From NCBI GenBank assembly GCA_965218585.1, contig CBDCLE010000003.1:160001-224000 (forward strand): 64,000 nucleotides of DNA. The letters are read 5' to 3'. This DNA comes from Terriglobia bacterium. GTDB taxonomy: Bacteria > Acidobacteriota > Terriglobia > 20CM-2-55-15. This document shows positions 11,320 to 21,317 of the stretch, one piece after another (position 1 is the first letter of the stretch; every line of letters begins with the position of its first letter). The notes beneath the pieces are model-generated. The model saw nothing but the letters and a program-made list of their open reading frames with translations, ran no database searches and had not been told where the DNA came from. The position numbers and the translations under genes were made by a program.

Positions 11320-12684
11320 GAGGTCGTTCCAATCGGTGTGTAAAAAGAGAAGGCGGTGTACGCTTTCGGTGAATTCGAAACCGTAAGCAATCCCGGCAGC
11401 AATCGGGAGAAAGGTACACCACCCATGAAGAAGAAGAACATACCGGCATCAGTGGCGTCAACGAACGCGTATGAAGGTTTGGAGGACTGGGCGCGATCCC
11501 GGGTCCAAGTCTGGCTACAGGAGCTGCTCGAGGACGAAGTCACTCAATTTCTGGGTCGGGAAAAGTTGGAGCGGAGTCCGAATCGACGAGGATACCGGAA
11601 CGGTCACGGGAAACCGCGACGCTTCGCAATGGTGAACGGTACGATGGAGGTTCGACGACCTCGGGTTCGAAACACCGCCGAGCGGTTCGAGAGTCAGATC
11701 CTGCCGTATTTTCGACGGAAATCGAAACAGCTGGGCGAGCTACTTCCCGATCTCTACCTCCACGGTCTGGCCACAGGGGACTTCGAGCAGGCCATGCGCG
11801 GACTGCTTGGCGCTGGCGCTCCGTTGTCGCGAGCATCGATCCAACGACTGAAATCGACCTGGCAGTTGGAGTATGACGAGTGGGTCCAGCAGGACCTGTC
11901 CGGCCTCGAGGTCGTGTACCAGTGGGCAGACGGCTTGTACGTGAAAGCGGGGATCGCGAAAGAGCGAGCGGCATTGCTGGTGATCATCGGAGCCTTGTCA
12001 GACGGGCGCAAAGTGCTGTTGGCCTGTGAGAGCGGGCAGCGGGAAAGCAAGGAGTCCTGGAGCCGCATTCTGCGCAATCTCCAGAGACGGGGCCTGAAGC
12101 TGGGACGGCTGACTGTCGCGGACGGTCACCTGGGCATCTGGTCCGCGCTGGCCGAGCAACAGCCCCAGGGCCAGGAACAACGCTGCTGGAACCACAAGTC
12201 GATCAACGTGGTCGATCATCTGCCGAAGACCGAGCAGCCCGCGGCCAGACAGCTGCTTCATGGGATGGCCTTCGCGAACTCCCGCGCGGCCTGCGAACGA
12301 AAGCGGGATCAGTTCGTCCGCCGATATGAGAAGAACTATCCCAAAGCGGGTGAGACGCTGTTGCGGGACTGGGACCGGATGATTACTTTCTATGAGTTCC
12401 CGAAACAACACTGGGTGCATCTGAGAACAACCAACATCGTCGAATCGCCCTTCGACATGGTTCGCCTCCGCACCAACGCCGCTCGCCGATTCAAGCGTGT
12501 CGAGAATGCAACGGCAATGATCTGGAAGCTACTACGTGTCGCTGAGAAGGCTTGGCGACACTTAAAAGGATCCGAACTCTTACAAGAGGTCTATGATGGT
12601 CAGCAATTCGCTGACGGCATCAGAGTCGTGATGAAATCGAAGGCCGCCGCCTGATGACTTTTACACACCTTTTGTAATGACCTC
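11320..12684 (+). mobile_element. IS256-family insertion sequence, copy 1 (1365 bp)
   Basis: Imperfect IRs GAGGTCGTTCCAATCGGTGTGTAAAA / TTTTACACACCTTTTGTAATGACCTC. 8-bp duplication GGCTGCCT. Confidence 0.93.
11425..12654 (+). CDS. IS256-family transposase
   Basis: YRNGH, WADGLY, VADGHLG, QRCWNHK and LRTTNIVES motifs. Confidence 0.93.
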   Translation: MKKKNIPASVASTNAYEGLEDWARSRVQVWLQELLEDEVTQFLGREKLERSPNRRGYRNGHGKPRRFAMVNGTMEVRRPRVRNTAERFESQILPYFRRKSKQLGELLPDLYLHGLATGDFEQAMRGLLGAGAPLSRASIQRLKSTWQLEYDEWVQQDLSGLEVVYQWADGLYVKAGIAKERAALLVIIGALSDGRKVLLACESGQRESKESWSRILRNLQRRGLKLGRLTVADGHLGIWSALAEQQPQGQEQRCWNHKSINVVDHLPKTEQPAARQLLHGMAFANSRAACERKRDQFVRRYEKNYPKAGETLLRDWDRMITFYEFPKQHWVHLRTTNIVESPFDMVRLRTNAARRFKRVENATAMIWKLLRVAEKAWRHLKGSELLQEVYDGQQFADGIRVVMKSKAAA

Positions 12685-12824
12685 GGCTGCCTTATAGCTT
12701 CTCGCAGGCCGATTCGGTGCGTCGCAACATCGGACCGTTTATAGAAGAAGTCGGCGAGATATCTCCAAATTCACGCGTTGTTGTTCCTGTTCATCTAGAA
12801 ACGATCATCACTGATTAGGGGGGC

Positions 12825-14054
12825 ATGGGTATGGAAAACAAACTGAACAGTGGATCCAAGTTAGGGGCGTCTGTAGTCGGGGTCATCGTGCTCAACATGT
12901 TTGCTCTGCCCTACCCCGTGATGGCGCAAGCACTCGCTTCTGATGAGCTCGGGCCGGGTGAAAACGGCATCTACTATTCAAACCGCACATCGTATCCCAT
13001 ATCGGTTGAACCCTTTATTACAGCGGGCATTGCCATCGGCGACATTGACGGGGATGGCGACCTGGACATGATCGAGGCCAACGGCCGCCATTGGCCCCAG
13101 GCAAGTTACGTGTATTTCAATGCGGACAACAGGGGTCTGAGCAAGCGCACCCAGTTAGGCGAACATGAGCGTACAGGCTATACGGTGATGTTGGCGGATT
13201 TGGATAGCGATGGTGATCTGGATGTTGTTCAGGCGTCTGACAGGCAAGAAAATCAGGTGTTTTTCAACGACGGCGCGGGCCAATTTGGATCCGCGCATCT
13301 GTTTGGCAGCGTAGATTCGAATACCCGCAGCATAGAAATCGCTGATTTAAACGGCGATGGCGCCCTGGACATCCTGGAGGTTTGCCGAGGCACACCGAAT
13401 CTGATTTTTCTGAACGACGGTGAGGGACACTTCGACTCTCCCGCTATTGCTTTCGGTGATTTGTCCGATCGCACTTTATCGGTCAGGGCGGCTGATATGA
13501 ACGATGACGGACAGGTTGATCTGGTTCTGGCAAACCGGGACCAACAACAGAACAAGATTCTTCTGGGTGACGGCAACATGCGGTTTCAAACTGCGATCCC
13601 TTTTGGTTCGGGCATGGATGACACCCGTGGACTTGTGGTTGCCGATATGAATGGCGATGGCCTGGAAGATATCGTGACGGCCAATATTGGCGAGGCCAAC
13701 GGCGTCCTTCTGAACATGGGAAATGGTGCGTTTGAATTGACCCAGCGCTTCGGCGATGAAGCGGGTCGCAGTTACGCGATAGTGGCCGATGATTTAGACG
13801 GTGACGGTGATCCCGATATCATCATTGGCAATGTCGCCGGCGTGAACCGCGTATTTATCAATGATGGTGCGGGACATTTGTCCCAGTTAGCGGAGATCGG
13901 ATCGCCCGACGACAATACCTATGCTCTGGGTGTTGGCGATATAAACGGTGATGGAAAACCCGATATTGTCCCGGGGAATTCTGAAGGGGCAAATATCGTT
14001 TACTATCAAACTACGCGGTCAAGTACCGGGAGGATTCGTCCGGAGGATTTTTAG
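12825..14054 (+). CDS. Exported FG-GAP/VCBS-repeat beta-propeller protein
   Basis: Seven D-x-(D/N)-x-D-G-x-x-D repeats (GDIDGDGDLD ... GDINGDGKPD) and a hydrophobic N-terminus. Confidence 0.88.
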   Translation: MGMENKLNSGSKLGASVVGVIVLNMFALPYPVMAQALASDELGPGENGIYYSNRTSYPISVEPFITAGIAIGDIDGDGDLDMIEANGRHWPQASYVYFNADNRGLSKRTQLGEHERTGYTVMLADLDSDGDLDVVQASDRQENQVFFNDGAGQFGSAHLFGSVDSNTRSIEIADLNGDGALDILEVCRGTPNLIFLNDGEGHFDSPAIAFGDLSDRTLSVRAADMNDDGQVDLVLANRDQQQNKILLGDGNMRFQTAIPFGSGMDDTRGLVVADMNGDGLEDIVTANIGEANGVLLNMGNGAFELTQRFGDEAGRSYAIVADDLDGDGDPDIIIGNVAGVNRVFINDGAGHLSQLAEIGSPDDNTYALGVGDINGDGKPDIVPGNSEGANIVYYQTTRSSTGRIRPEDF

Positions 14055-14112
14055 ATAGCCGTTACAAACCAGCCTTCCCACCAGCCAGCCGATTCGCACA
14101 ACTCATAAAAAA

Positions 14113-14186
14113 TGGGAGCGACCGGGATCGAACCGATGACCTCTGCCGTGTCAAGGCAGCGCTCATTCCAACTGAGCTACGCCCCC
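14113..14186 (-). tRNA. tRNA-Val (anticodon GAC)
   Basis: Reverse complement is GGGGGCGTAGCTCAGTTGGAATGAGCGCTGCCTTGACACGGCAGAGGTCATCGGTTCGATCCCGGTCGCTCCCA: cloverleaf with GTTCGA T-loop. CCA is not encoded. Confidence 0.95.
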
Positions 14187-14243
14187 TTTGGTGTGCTCTA
14201 GGATTTTACGGCCTGGCGAATAATGGCGTCAAATCGGGTGTCT

Positions 14244-15523
14244 TTATTCAATCACCGCCTGATAGATGAGCGTCCGTAGCTTTGCCTGGTCGTCAAGCCC
14301 TCCGGTCGACCGGAGTTGCGTCAGGTAAACCACAATGAGGTCGTTCGAAGGGTCGACCCAGTATGTGGAATGGTACGCACCGCCCCACCCGAACTCGCCT
14401 ACCGAACCCGGTATCCCGCGGGCTCCAAGATCGGTCACCACCGAAAATCCCAGGCCAAAGCCCTGTCCGGGCCGAAACGGCGTGTCACCGATGTGGTTCT
14501 GGATCATCAGTTCGACTGTCGTCGGGCTCAGGAGGCGACGGCCGCCCAATTCACCGCCGTTGAGGAGCATCTGAAGGAAACGCGCGTAGTCGGTTGCCGT
14601 TGAAAGCAGGCCCGCACCGCCGGAGAAGCTCTTTCGGGGTCCATCGACGTAGGCGCCCTGCGCGTCCCACGCACCGGAGTTCTCGGCGCGGGTCAACTTG
14701 CCACCCCGTGTTCTGCCGTACACGGTAGAGAAACGGTCGAGCTTGTCGTGGGGCAGATAGAAGTGCGTGTCCGTCATCGAGAGCGGTTCAAAGATATGTG
14801 TTTGGAGAAACGGTCCAGGGGCATGTCCGAGGCGCGTTCCACAACCACGCCCAGGATGTCGATGTTGTAGCCGTAGATCCATTGTTCGCCGGGTTGGGCG
14901 TTGAGGGGCAGGGGCGCCATGCGCGTGACGGTTTCGCCGATGGGTTCGTCCTTGTCGGCGAAATACCACTGCTGGAAGCCCGCCTGGTCCCATTCTGAGC
15001 GCGCGGGTCCGGTTCCGTAACTGATGCCGGAAGTGTGCGTCAGCAGGTGCCGTAGAGTAATCGGCCGGCCCGGCTCGATGTCGTAGCCCCCGTCTTCACG
15101 CGCCACGGCCACACGGGTTTCGGCGAACTCAGGGATGTAGTCCGAGAGCCTGTGGCCTATTAAGAGTTTGCCTTCTTCCTGAAGCATCATGATTGCCGTG
15201 CTCACGATGGCTTTCGTCTGCGAGGCGATCCGGAAGATGCTGTCGGTCCGCATCGGGAGTTCGGCTTCCATGTCCTGCTGTCCAAAGGCCTCCAGGTAAG
15301 GGACCTTTCCGTCGCGTACGATGATGGCCACGCCTCCGGCCAACTCCCCGCGCTCGACGTAGCCTTCAAGGGTTTCACTGAGCCGCGAGAGTCTTTCCGA
15401 CGACATCCCGACTTCTTCAGGTGTCGCTCGCGGAAGGGACTGTGCGGATAGGCCTGCCGGGAGGAAAAAGGTCAGCAGAAGCGTTAAGAATAGGGTCGTC
15501 CGTAACAGTTGGGATCGAGACAT
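14244..15523 (-). CDS. Serine hydrolase (beta-lactamase class C-like), with one frameshift near 14810
   Basis: FRIASQTK (SxxK), LLTHTSG and WIYGYN in the first frame. FLQTHIFEPLSM...FGWGGAY in the second frame. Confidence 0.85.
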
Positions 15524-15584
15524 GGCGGAGGGTCTCCTTTATTGGTCGGCTGAAGGCTCAGCGTAGTGAGGTGAGTAGGGAGTG

Positions 15585-18095
15585 TCAACTTGAAACGGGC
15601 TTGAGATCCCTCCAGTTCGGGCCCACCTTTGTGTCGACGACGAGGGGCACCTTAAGGTCTGCGACACTCGACATCCAATCCCGAACCTGGGCGACAACTT
15701 CCATCTCCTTCTCCGGCACTTCGAAGATCAACTCGTCGTGGACCTGCAGGACCATGCGGGTTTCAAGGTTCTGGCGTTGGATCTCGTCGTGGATCCGGAT
15801 CATCGCCAGCTTGATGACGTCGGCCGCTGTGCCTTGAATGGGCGCGTTGACGGCCATCCGTTCGGCCATGCTGCGGCGCATGCCGTTTCGGGAGTTGATT
15901 TCGGTGATCTGGCGGATGCGCCCGAACAGGGTATGGGTCTGGCCGGTTTCCCGGGCGTCGGCCAGGGCGTTTTCGATGTAGTTCCGGACTTGGGGATAGC
16001 GGTTGAAGTAGCGGTCGATGAACTCCTCGGCTTCGTTGCGGCTGATGCCGAGCTGCTTGGCAAGCCCGAACGGCGTCTGGCCATAGACGATCCCGAAGTT
16101 GACGGCCTTGGCACGTCCTCTCTGTTCGCTATCGACGTCCTCGGGAGCAATACCCAGAACTTCGGCGGCCGTGCTTCGGTGGATGTCGGCTTCGTTCAGA
16201 AACGCTTCGATCAGGCGGGTGTCTCCCGACAGGTGCGCCAGGATGCGGAGTTCGACCTGTGAGTAGTCGGCCGAGAGCATCGTCGTCCCTTCTCTTGGGA
16301 CGAAGGCCGCACGGATGTTGCGGCCCATCTCGGTCCGGATGGGAATATTCTGGAGATTCGGATCGCTGGATGAGAGCCGTCCCGTCGCTGCGCCGGTCTG
16401 GTTAAACGACGTGTGGAGGCGGCCGTCCTTGTGAATGAGTGTTGGGAGGACATCCACGTACGTCGACTTGAACTTGGCCCGCTGCCGGTACTCGAGGATG
16501 AGACGCGGCAGCTCGTAGGTTTCGGCCAGTTCTTCCAGCACCTCGACGGCTGTGGAGTACTGTCCCGACTTTCGGAGTTTTCTCGAGTGCGGCAGGTTCA
16601 GCTTTTCGAACAGGATTGTCCCCAGCTGTTTAGGCGAGTTGATGTTGAATTCCTCGCCGGCCAGGTCGTAGATGTTGGCTGTCAGTTCTTCAAGTTCCGT
16701 TGTGATGGTTTCTGACATCGATTCCAGGACCTCGACGTCGAGGAGGATGCCGATCTGTTCCATTGCGGCGAGGACCGGAACCAGGGGCAGTTCGATCCGC
16801 GTGTAGAGGTCTTCCAGGTCCTGGCGGACCTCGGGGCGAAGTGTCTCGTGAAGGCGTTTGACCCATTCGACACCACCCGTCTCGGCAGTATCGGCTGATT
16901 CGCCGAACGACTCGCTTACAAGGTCTTCGACGGCGTACTTACCGCGGTTCGGCATCAGGAGAAAGGCAGTCAACATCGTGTCGTCCCATGGCGGCGTCGG
17001 TCGCAGGCCATGGCCTGCGAGCTTAAGAATCGCGGCCTTCAGGTTATGGGCTGTCTTGTGTCTTGTTGGATCGGAGAGGAGCCGGGCCAGCGTCTCGTTG
17101 AGTTCGAACGCGTAAACCGGTCCTTCACCCGTCCATACATGAAGCCTGTCTTCGTTGATGGCGAAGGTAAAATCGCCGTCGATTTCCTCGGCGTTGTCGG
17201 TCTGGACGACTTCAAGGGTTTCCTTCCCGTGGCCGGCGGCGAGCTGCTGCTTGAGGAGGCTTGTGAAATCCAGCTCTCGATAGAGGGCTATAAGGGCGTC
17301 CGGGTCGGAAGGTTGTGCTCTAAGCTTGTCCCATTTAACGTCGAACTCGACTTCGGTGTCGATCGTCACCAGTTCTTTACTCAAAACAATCTGGTCGCGG
17401 TTGTTCTCGAGCGACTCACGTTGCCGTTTGGCTTTAACGTCCGCGGCATGTTCGAGACATGCCTCTATTGAACCAAACTGTTCGATCAACGCCTTTGCAC
17501 CCTTCTCGCCGATACCCGGTGCGCCGGGGATGTTGTCGGAAGCGTCGCCCCAGAGGCCGAGCAGGTCGGTAATCTGTTCTGGCGTTACGCCGAAGAGTTC
17601 TTTGACCTCGTCGGGACCGATGACATGGTCGTCGCGCGACGTGTTCAGGACAACGGTGTCTTCATCCACCAGCTGCATCATGTCCTTGTCCAGTGTGACG
17701 ATGACGGGGTGGATCTTTTCCGCTTTCGCGCGTCTGGCTAATGTCCCAATGACGTCGTCGGCTTCCTGTCCGACCACCTCGAGCATCGCCACGTTCATCG
17801 CTTCGCAGAGTTGCCGGATGTAGGGGAGTTGTTCGGCCAGGTCGTCGGGCATCCCCTCGCGTGTCGCCTTGTACTCGGGATAGCGGATGTGCCGCGGCGT
17901 GGGTTCGCTCGAATCAAAGACCATCGCTATGTATTCGGGTGGGAACTTCTCAAGTACACGGTTGAGCATGAGGGCGAAGCCATACGTCGCGTTCGTGGGT
18001 ACCCCCTGGGCGTTTGAGAGGCCGCGGATCGCATAGTAGGCGCGGAACACCTGCGACATTGCGTCTACGATCAGGATGAGCGGCCGTTTGATCAC
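15585..18095 (-). CDS. polA: DNA polymerase I
   Basis: 5'-3' exonuclease domain (GDASDNIPG), TGRLSSSDPNLQNIP, ADYSQVELR, AKAVNFGIVYG and LQVHDELIFE. Confidence 0.98.
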   Translation of the reverse strand: MIKRPLILIVDAMSQVFRAYYAIRGLSNAQGVPTNATYGFALMLNRVLEKFPPEYIAMVFDSSEPTPRHIRYPEYKATREGMPDDLAEQLPYIRQLCEAMNVAMLEVVGQEADDVIGTLARRAKAEKIHPVIVTLDKDMMQLVDEDTVVLNTSRDDHVIGPDEVKELFGVTPEQITDLLGLWGDASDNIPGAPGIGEKGAKALIEQFGSIEACLEHAADVKAKRQRESLENNRDQIVLSKELVTIDTEVEFDVKWDKLRAQPSDPDALIALYRELDFTSLLKQQLAAGHGKETLEVVQTDNAEEIDGDFTFAINEDRLHVWTGEGPVYAFELNETLARLLSDPTRHKTAHNLKAAILKLAGHGLRPTPPWDDTMLTAFLLMPNRGKYAVEDLVSESFGESADTAETGGVEWVKRLHETLRPEVRQDLEDLYTRIELPLVPVLAAMEQIGILLDVEVLESMSETITTELEELTANIYDLAGEEFNINSPKQLGTILFEKLNLPHSRKLRKSGQYSTAVEVLEELAETYELPRLILEYRQRAKFKSTYVDVLPTLIHKDGRLHTSFNQTGAATGRLSSSDPNLQNIPIRTEMGRNIRAAFVPREGTTMLSADYSQVELRILAHLSGDTRLIEAFLNEADIHRSTAAEVLGIAPEDVDSEQRGRAKAVNFGIVYGQTPFGLAKQLGISRNEAEEFIDRYFNRYPQVRNYIENALADARETGQTHTLFGRIRQITEINSRNGMRRSMAERMAVNAPIQGTAADVIKLAMIRIHDEIQRQNLETRMVLQVHDELIFEVPEKEMEVVAQVRDWMSSVADLKVPLVVDTKVGPNWRDLKPVSS

Positions 18096-18208
18096 GTGCA
18101 CACACAGGTGTGGACTGGAGTCCACAGTTTTCGCGGCTGATAGAATCTTAAGTGATTGAATATGGGCATGGAGTTTATTCGGCCCATTGATTGCATTGTC
18201 CTTTGCGT

Positions 18209-19081
18209 ATGAACGAACGCACGCTTGCCGATTCGATATCGTTTTCCGGTGTGGGCCTGCACACGGGCGAACCGGTTTCGATGGCGGTTACCCCGGCGGG
18301 GCAGGGTACCGGTATTGTCTTCCGCCGTGTAGATCTCGACAATTTCGAAATTCCGGCCGATGTGTCGTCGGTTTCTCGTGTGGCCTACGCGACAACGCTG
18401 ATGCAGAAGGGCGTCTGGATTTCTACGGTCGAACATCTCTTGTCTGCACTTTACGGTGTGGGCATCGACAACGCCTACGTCGACATGGACAACCTCGAGG
18501 TCCCGATCCTCGACGGCAGCGCCCGGCCGTTTACCGACGAGATCGCGCGCGTTGGTTTCGTCGAACAGGACAACCCGCGCGAGTACATTCGGATTACCCG
18601 CGAGTTCGTTGTCGAAGAGAACGGTAAGTCGCTGGCGATCTATCCGGCCGACACGTTTTCCATCGATTGTGCGATCGATTTCGAACATCCCTTCATCGGT
18701 CCGCAAAGTTTGTCCCTCGAGTGTTCAGAAGAAGGCTATGCCGCTTCCATCGCTTCGGCCCGAACCTTCGGTTTCCAGCGCGACGTGGCTGCGCTTCAGA
18801 ACAGCGGCCTCATCCGGGGCGGATCACTGGAGAACGCGATCGTTCTGACCGAGACCGGCATGCTCAACGAAGAGCCGCTCCGATTCAACGACGAGTTTGT
18901 CCGCCACAAGATCCTCGATCTTCTGGGCGACTTCGCCCTGATCGGAAAACCCGTCCTGGGCCACCTGGTAGCCAATCGGGCCGGTCATGCCCTTCATACC
19001 CGTTTCGTAGCCGGGCTGCTCGAGAGTACCGACCATTGGACGCGGGAAGCGGGGACTCCTCAATCTGCAGCTGCCTCTTAG
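18209..19081 (+). CDS. lpxC: UDP-3-O-acyl-N-acetylglucosamine deacetylase
   Basis: GVGLHTG, STVEHLLSAL, PILDGSA and VRHKILDLLGD. Confidence 0.97.
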   Translation: MNERTLADSISFSGVGLHTGEPVSMAVTPAGQGTGIVFRRVDLDNFEIPADVSSVSRVAYATTLMQKGVWISTVEHLLSALYGVGIDNAYVDMDNLEVPILDGSARPFTDEIARVGFVEQDNPREYIRITREFVVEENGKSLAIYPADTFSIDCAIDFEHPFIGPQSLSLECSEEGYAASIASARTFGFQRDVAALQNSGLIRGGSLENAIVLTETGMLNEEPLRFNDEFVRHKILDLLGDFALIGKPVLGHLVANRAGHALHTRFVAGLLESTDHWTREAGTPQSAAAS

Positions 19082-19090
19082 GCTTTCTCC

Positions 19091-19226
19091 CTGTAGGTGT
19101 GGTCTGTGACCGCACGTTCTTACTTTCTGTGCGGTCACGCATGGGAGGACCGTCCAATGGACGGTGGCCCCCATGCTAAGGGATATCAGAGTCGCCGATT
19201 CCGGTCGGCGGCCAGCGCACCTACAG
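19091..19226. repeat. GTAG-type REP doublet with a nested 77-nt double-hairpin insert
   Basis: CTGTAGGTGTGGTCTGTGACCGCAC ... GTGCGGTCAC[insert 19139-19215]CGCACCTACAG. Confidence 0.8.
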
Positions 19227-19949
19227 AAGATTCGGTCCGACTCTGGCCAGCGTTAGAACCTCAACCCTTGAGGCTCCAGCTCGTTTCAGTGCCTTTGCAA
19301 CTTCGTTGATTGTCGCGCCGGTGGTCTGTACGTCGTCGACGATCAGAACCGGACCGCCGACTGGTCTGCTGCACTCGAATGCTCCCCGGACGTTGCGGAT
19401 CCGTTGGGAGCGCGTCAGGTCGGTCTGGCTTTCCGTGTTCTTCCTTCGGCGGATGGCGCCCGGTTGAACGTCGAGGCCGAGCCGAGCGGCCAGCAACGCT
19501 GCCTGGTTGTATCCCCGTTGGCGTTCACGTTTTCTATAGAGCGGGACCGGGACGACACGGTCCGCGGCAAACCCGTTACTTCCGAGGCATGCCTCCAGGG
19601 CCCGTCCTAACGGTCGTGCCAGCGACACCCGGTCATTGTACTTGAAGTGGTGAATCACCTCCCTCAGGCTGGTATCGAAGGTGAGAGCCGAGCGACCCAG
19701 GTCGTATTGTGTCTTTCCGATGAGGCAATTTCCGCACAGCATATCCGGTTCAGACATCGCGAACCCACACTGAGAGCAGAACGGCGGTTTAACCGGTTTG
19801 AAACCACTCTCACAGGTAGGACACAGGGGTCCGGATCGCCAATCTTTGACGGGTTCCCCGCATACCACGCAATCGGTGGGGAAGAGAAGGTTCAGAACTG
19901 TATTGATCAAACGCTGCCTGGGTGGAAAAGGAAGGGGTTTGACGAACAT
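19221..19949 (-). CDS. comF: ComF-family protein (zinc-ribbon + phosphoribosyltransferase)
   Basis: CxxC pairs, VPVPL...RGYNQA and LIVDDVQTTGAT. Confidence 0.9.
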   Translation of the reverse strand: MFVKPLPFPPRQRLINTVLNLLFPTDCVVCGEPVKDWRSGPLCPTCESGFKPVKPPFCSQCGFAMSEPDMLCGNCLIGKTQYDLGRSALTFDTSLREVIHHFKYNDRVSLARPLGRALEACLGSNGFAADRVVPVPLYRKRERQRGYNQAALLAARLGLDVQPGAIRRRKNTESQTDLTRSQRIRNVRGAFECSRPVGGPVLIVDDVQTTGATINEVAKALKRAGASRVEVLTLARVGPNLL

Positions 19950-19959
19950 AACACGGGGA

Positions 19960-20070
19960 CATGAAAGACAGAACCGAGAGGCGCAGAGACGCAGGGGATC
20001 TATCTGTCAAGGCACATTCCCTTCTGCGTCCTCAGCGAACTCCGCGTCTCTGCGTTGAAAGTCTTTCATG
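19960..20070. repeat. Hairpin repeat built of 8/9-mer CGCAGAGA / TCTGCGTC units (copy 1)
   Basis: Terminal IR CATGAAAGAC/GTCTTTCATG. Core GCACATTCCCTTCTGCGTC.TCAGCGA.CTC.GCGTCTCTGCGTTGAAA is shared with 21318-21428. Confidence 0.75.
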
Positions 20071-20083
20071 TACGGTCTCGTTC

Positions 20084-20782
20084 CTATCGTTTTCCAGCAG
20101 CGCGTTTCAAAGCGGCCCGGGCCAGGAGTCGGGTGGAATCCAGAGTGGGTAGAGGGGATGTTGGGGGCCCTACGGCCAACGGGATTTCCGTGCAGCCGAG
20201 TACGACTGCATCGCAATGTTCCTGGGACTTGAAGGTTTCTATTATCCTCACAAATTCCGATTCCGCTTGCTTTGTGACACGGCCGTAAACGAGATCGTCG
20301 AATATCAGGCTGTTCACCTTCTCTCTGTCGTGGGGAGCGGGGAGGCGCCATTCCACGCCAGCCGGAGCGAGCTTTTCCGGATATACCGAACTCTCCATCA
20401 AATACCGTGTTCCCAGCAGGCCCACACGTTGGAACCCCTGACTCACGGATTCCTCAACCACAACTTCGGCTATGTGCAGCCATGGGATGGGTGAGGACGG
20501 GATGACCTTCTCCATTGCCGCATGGATGGTGTTGTCCGGGCAAATCGCGAAGTCGGCGCCCGCGGCGGCGAGCTTCTGAACAGAACGGATCATCAGATCA
20601 GCGATTCCGTCCCAGTCGTCCTGCTCGAGGAAACGCACGTGTTCAGCCAAGTCGAACATGTGCAGGGATACCTCGGGATTGTGGTGACTGCCCAGATGAC
20701 GCTCCGCTTCCACGCAGATTGTCTCGTAGCAAAGGGCCGCACCCGGTGCGCTACATGCCACGATTCCAATATGTTGAGTCAT
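20084..20782 (-). CDS. Aspartate/glutamate racemase-family protein
   Basis: AICPDNTIH and VVLGCTEIPL motifs. Confidence 0.88.
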   Translation of the reverse strand: MTQHIGIVACSAPGAALCYETICVEAERHLGSHHNPEVSLHMFDLAEHVRFLEQDDWDGIADLMIRSVQKLAAAGADFAICPDNTIHAAMEKVIPSSPIPWLHIAEVVVEESVSQGFQRVGLLGTRYLMESSVYPEKLAPAGVEWRLPAPHDREKVNSLIFDDLVYGRVTKQAESEFVRIIETFKSQEHCDAVVLGCTEIPLAVGPPTSPLPTLDSTRLLARAALKRAAGKR

Positions 20783-20902
20783 AAATCCTCAAACTGTCCG
20801 CCAGCCGATGATACATCCGAAAGCGTATGTGTCAGAACTCCGTGGAGGTTCTGGTGAAACGATATGGACACGGCGCAGGTTTCGCTGGAGAATCGTCGCG
20901 AG

Positions 20903-21310
20903 ATGAAACATACACCGACAGATTTACAGATGCTGAATTCGATCTACGATCGTTACTACGACGAGCGTCGTTTTCGGATGAGAACAAGACACGGAGCACG
21001 AAGAACTATGTGCCCATAGACGTTAGGGAGATCGATAAGGAATTGGACGTGGACTCGGACATCATCTTCGGACGCCTGTTTTACCACTTTGATCGGAAGT
21101 ACGGATACAAGAAAGACGATGGGCCGGGTTCATTTCTTTGCGATCCAAATCGGCGGAGACCGGCACTGTATTCACTATCCGTATCTGGGATCAGTGGTGG
21201 CGGACCTGAGAGATGAGAGCAAGAAATTCCGAATCGCCACGTCGATGGCGGCGGTTTCGCTCGTCATATCCGTGACCTCGTTCGTGATATCGACGTGGCC
21301 TGGTGGGTAG
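20903..21310 (+). pseudogene. Small hypothetical membrane-anchored protein with two frameshifts
   Basis: Three frames join into one plausible protein: MKHTPTDLQMLNSIYDRYYDE / SFSDENKTRSTKNYVPID...IIFGRLFYHFDRKYGYKKDDG / RVHFFAIQIGGD...C-terminal TM helix. Confidence 0.6.
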
Positions 21311-21317
21311 TCGAACC

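Larger units (their letters stand above)
10498..12818 (+). pseudogene. Exported MBL-fold metallo-hydrolase, split by IS256
   Basis: HHSHFDHLSD and PAHWDNF. The frame resumes after the IS (YSFSQADSVRR...HLETIITD*), with stop at 12816-12818. Confidence 0.88.

Noticed and set aside
12825-14054. Repeated GAYGGNGAYGG DNA motifs as a nucleotide repeat array
   Set aside because: Fully explained by the protein-level FG-GAP repeats.
16850-17200. Shortened, apparently inactive 3'-5' exonuclease domain in PolA
   Set aside because: Common in many bacterial PolA proteins, so not novel.
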